From Toensbergia leucococca (taxonomy: Eukaryota), in NCBI GenBank assembly GCA_022813965.1, contig JALDZS010000106.1, positions 1 through 64,000 on the forward strand: 64,000 bases of DNA. The letters run 5' to 3'. The notes under the pieces were generated by a model, which was not told the DNA's origin, ran no database searches, and saw only the letters and a list, made by a program, of their open reading frames with translations. This document shows, one piece after another, positions 62,494-64,000 of the stretch. The position numbers and the translations under genes were made by a program. Within the stretch, counting starts at the first letter, position 1, and each line of letters starts with the position of its first letter.

Positions 62494-63565
62494 ATGCACC
62501 TTTCCCTCCTTCTCGCTGTCTCATGTTTAGCTGCTGGCAGCTTTGCTTCACCGTTTGCCAAAAGAATTGGTGGTCCTTTTCCCAAAAGAAATGCCACTGG
62601 TATAAGCTGTCCCCCCGATTTCCGCAATGTAGTCTTCAACACTGATGCTCCGGCCAATTCTGGTTGGCCAGGAACCACCTGGACGAGCATCAAGGCAGCC
62701 GGAGTCTCGAATTGGAGTATGTCCACATTTCTCTCCTGCCTCCTTTCTCTGCAATTCATGCTGATGAAGTCTTGGCATGTAGTTGGCTTCACCCAAGAAT
62801 CAATCAGCCTCAATCCGCACTACGATGTCCAGGGCAAATCCGCAAAAATCGTGCCAGATGTTGATAACACTCAAATCAAAGTTTGCATGGACTACACACA
62901 CGTGGACGACGCTATGAAAATGATCACCTCTTCTGCTCCCCCAACCTACCTTGAATTGTACAATGAACCTGACTACTCCTACATGGGCATGACTCTGACT
63001 TCCACCTACCAAGAGGCTGCATCTAACCTTTCGGCTCTAATTAACACCCCAACCACAACCAAATTCATCTCGCCAGCTGTCGCTTTCACCAATGATGTTT
63101 GGCTTGGAAATTTCTTCGATGTATGTGCTGGCTGTCTGGAGAAGGTCGATATAATATCTGCGCACATATACAATCCAATCCCAGCACAAGCTTTGCTGCA
63201 AGTCACGACGCTACATGGGACGTTTCCAAACCATACAATCTGGATTACCGAGTTGGCTCCTGCCAGTAGTGATACACAGGGATGTGAGCTAGATGAGAAT
63301 GGCATGATCAATTGGATGCAGACACTTTTACCAGAGCTCGTGGCACTAGGCTATGTGGAGAGGATCTTTTGGAATCATGGAGAGAACGTGAGTTTACTCG
63401 AGGAAATTCGAACAAAAAAGTGGAGCACAGTTGACTAATGTGTCAATGCTTGCCGTTCAGAGCAACATCTATGCCGACGATCCGGCAAAGTGCAACCCAA
63501 GCTTGACGAACGACGACGGGACGCCAACTCCTTTGTTGAACGCCTACGCGGGTATCTGTTCATGA
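62494..63565 (+). CDS. Secreted glycoside hydrolase family 128 (beta-1,3-glucanase-like); 3 exons
   Basis: Signal peptide MHLSLLLAVSCLAAGSFA; catalytic-type motifs LELYNEPD and IWITELA; SAHIY, VERIFWN; introns at ~62717-62782 and ~63388-63460. Confidence 0.82.
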
Positions 63566-64000
63566 CCTGCGAGTGCCAAGCTGGAACGCTGACATTGTGG
63601 TGGGAACTTCTAACATAATCAAGGCTTTTTGGAATGACGGTAATTATTGCTGATATTGTGCTGCTTCATTGCAAGTCTGGACTGCAGCGCAAGTTCCGAG
63701 GGGGGTTTAATCAGGTCGTAAATACGATTGTAATAATTTCCATTGTTGATTGTATATTCGTCTTTTCATACCCCAAGCAACATCGTTTCTCGTGGTCAAT
63801 GACTTGGGGCCATGACCTTGGAGTCAAATGTCAGACTCCTTACATAACTTACTACACTGGCAAATTCCAACATTTGATTTTCATGTCCTGTTCGTATTAC
63901 TCTCTCCTACTGTTCCAAGAATCCGATTCAAGAGTTCAAATAGCCTTGGTCAGCTTAATACATTGGCTAAGGTACGGTAGCTGAGCCGCATGAATACTGG

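Overview
Eukaryotic, intron-containing DNA from a filamentous ascomycete; GT..AG introns with CTAAC/CTGAC branch sites and the gene content suggest a lichen-forming Lecanoromycete, but the taxon is an inference. Conserved genes recognised from protein motifs: a Tim17/22-like membrane protein, GST, an mpaB-like oxygenase, kinesin-8, MsrA, XLF/Nej1, cactin, a forkhead transcription factor, Rtc1/WDR24, an Hmt1-like ABC transporter, proline dehydrogenase, an RRM-like protein and a GH128 glucanase. Two accessory zones interrupt them. The first (~18.4-29.2 kb) is gene-poor, with decayed ORFs, a CpG-depleted patch and two orphan genes. The second (~38.9-48.5 kb) is a composite island with Ty3/Gypsy gag and pol remnants, internal direct repeats and a co-oriented set of orphan genes, including a micro-exon poly-Ala gene and a DUF3716-like Cys-rich gene; two of these orphans share a duplicated promoter/start module. 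One island edge carries a repeat built from 21-bp subunits, and an inverted copy lies 39 kb away at the window start. An isolated N-terminal fragment of a RID/DmtA-like DNA methyltransferase is also present. All family calls come from motif recognition by eye; no searches were run.
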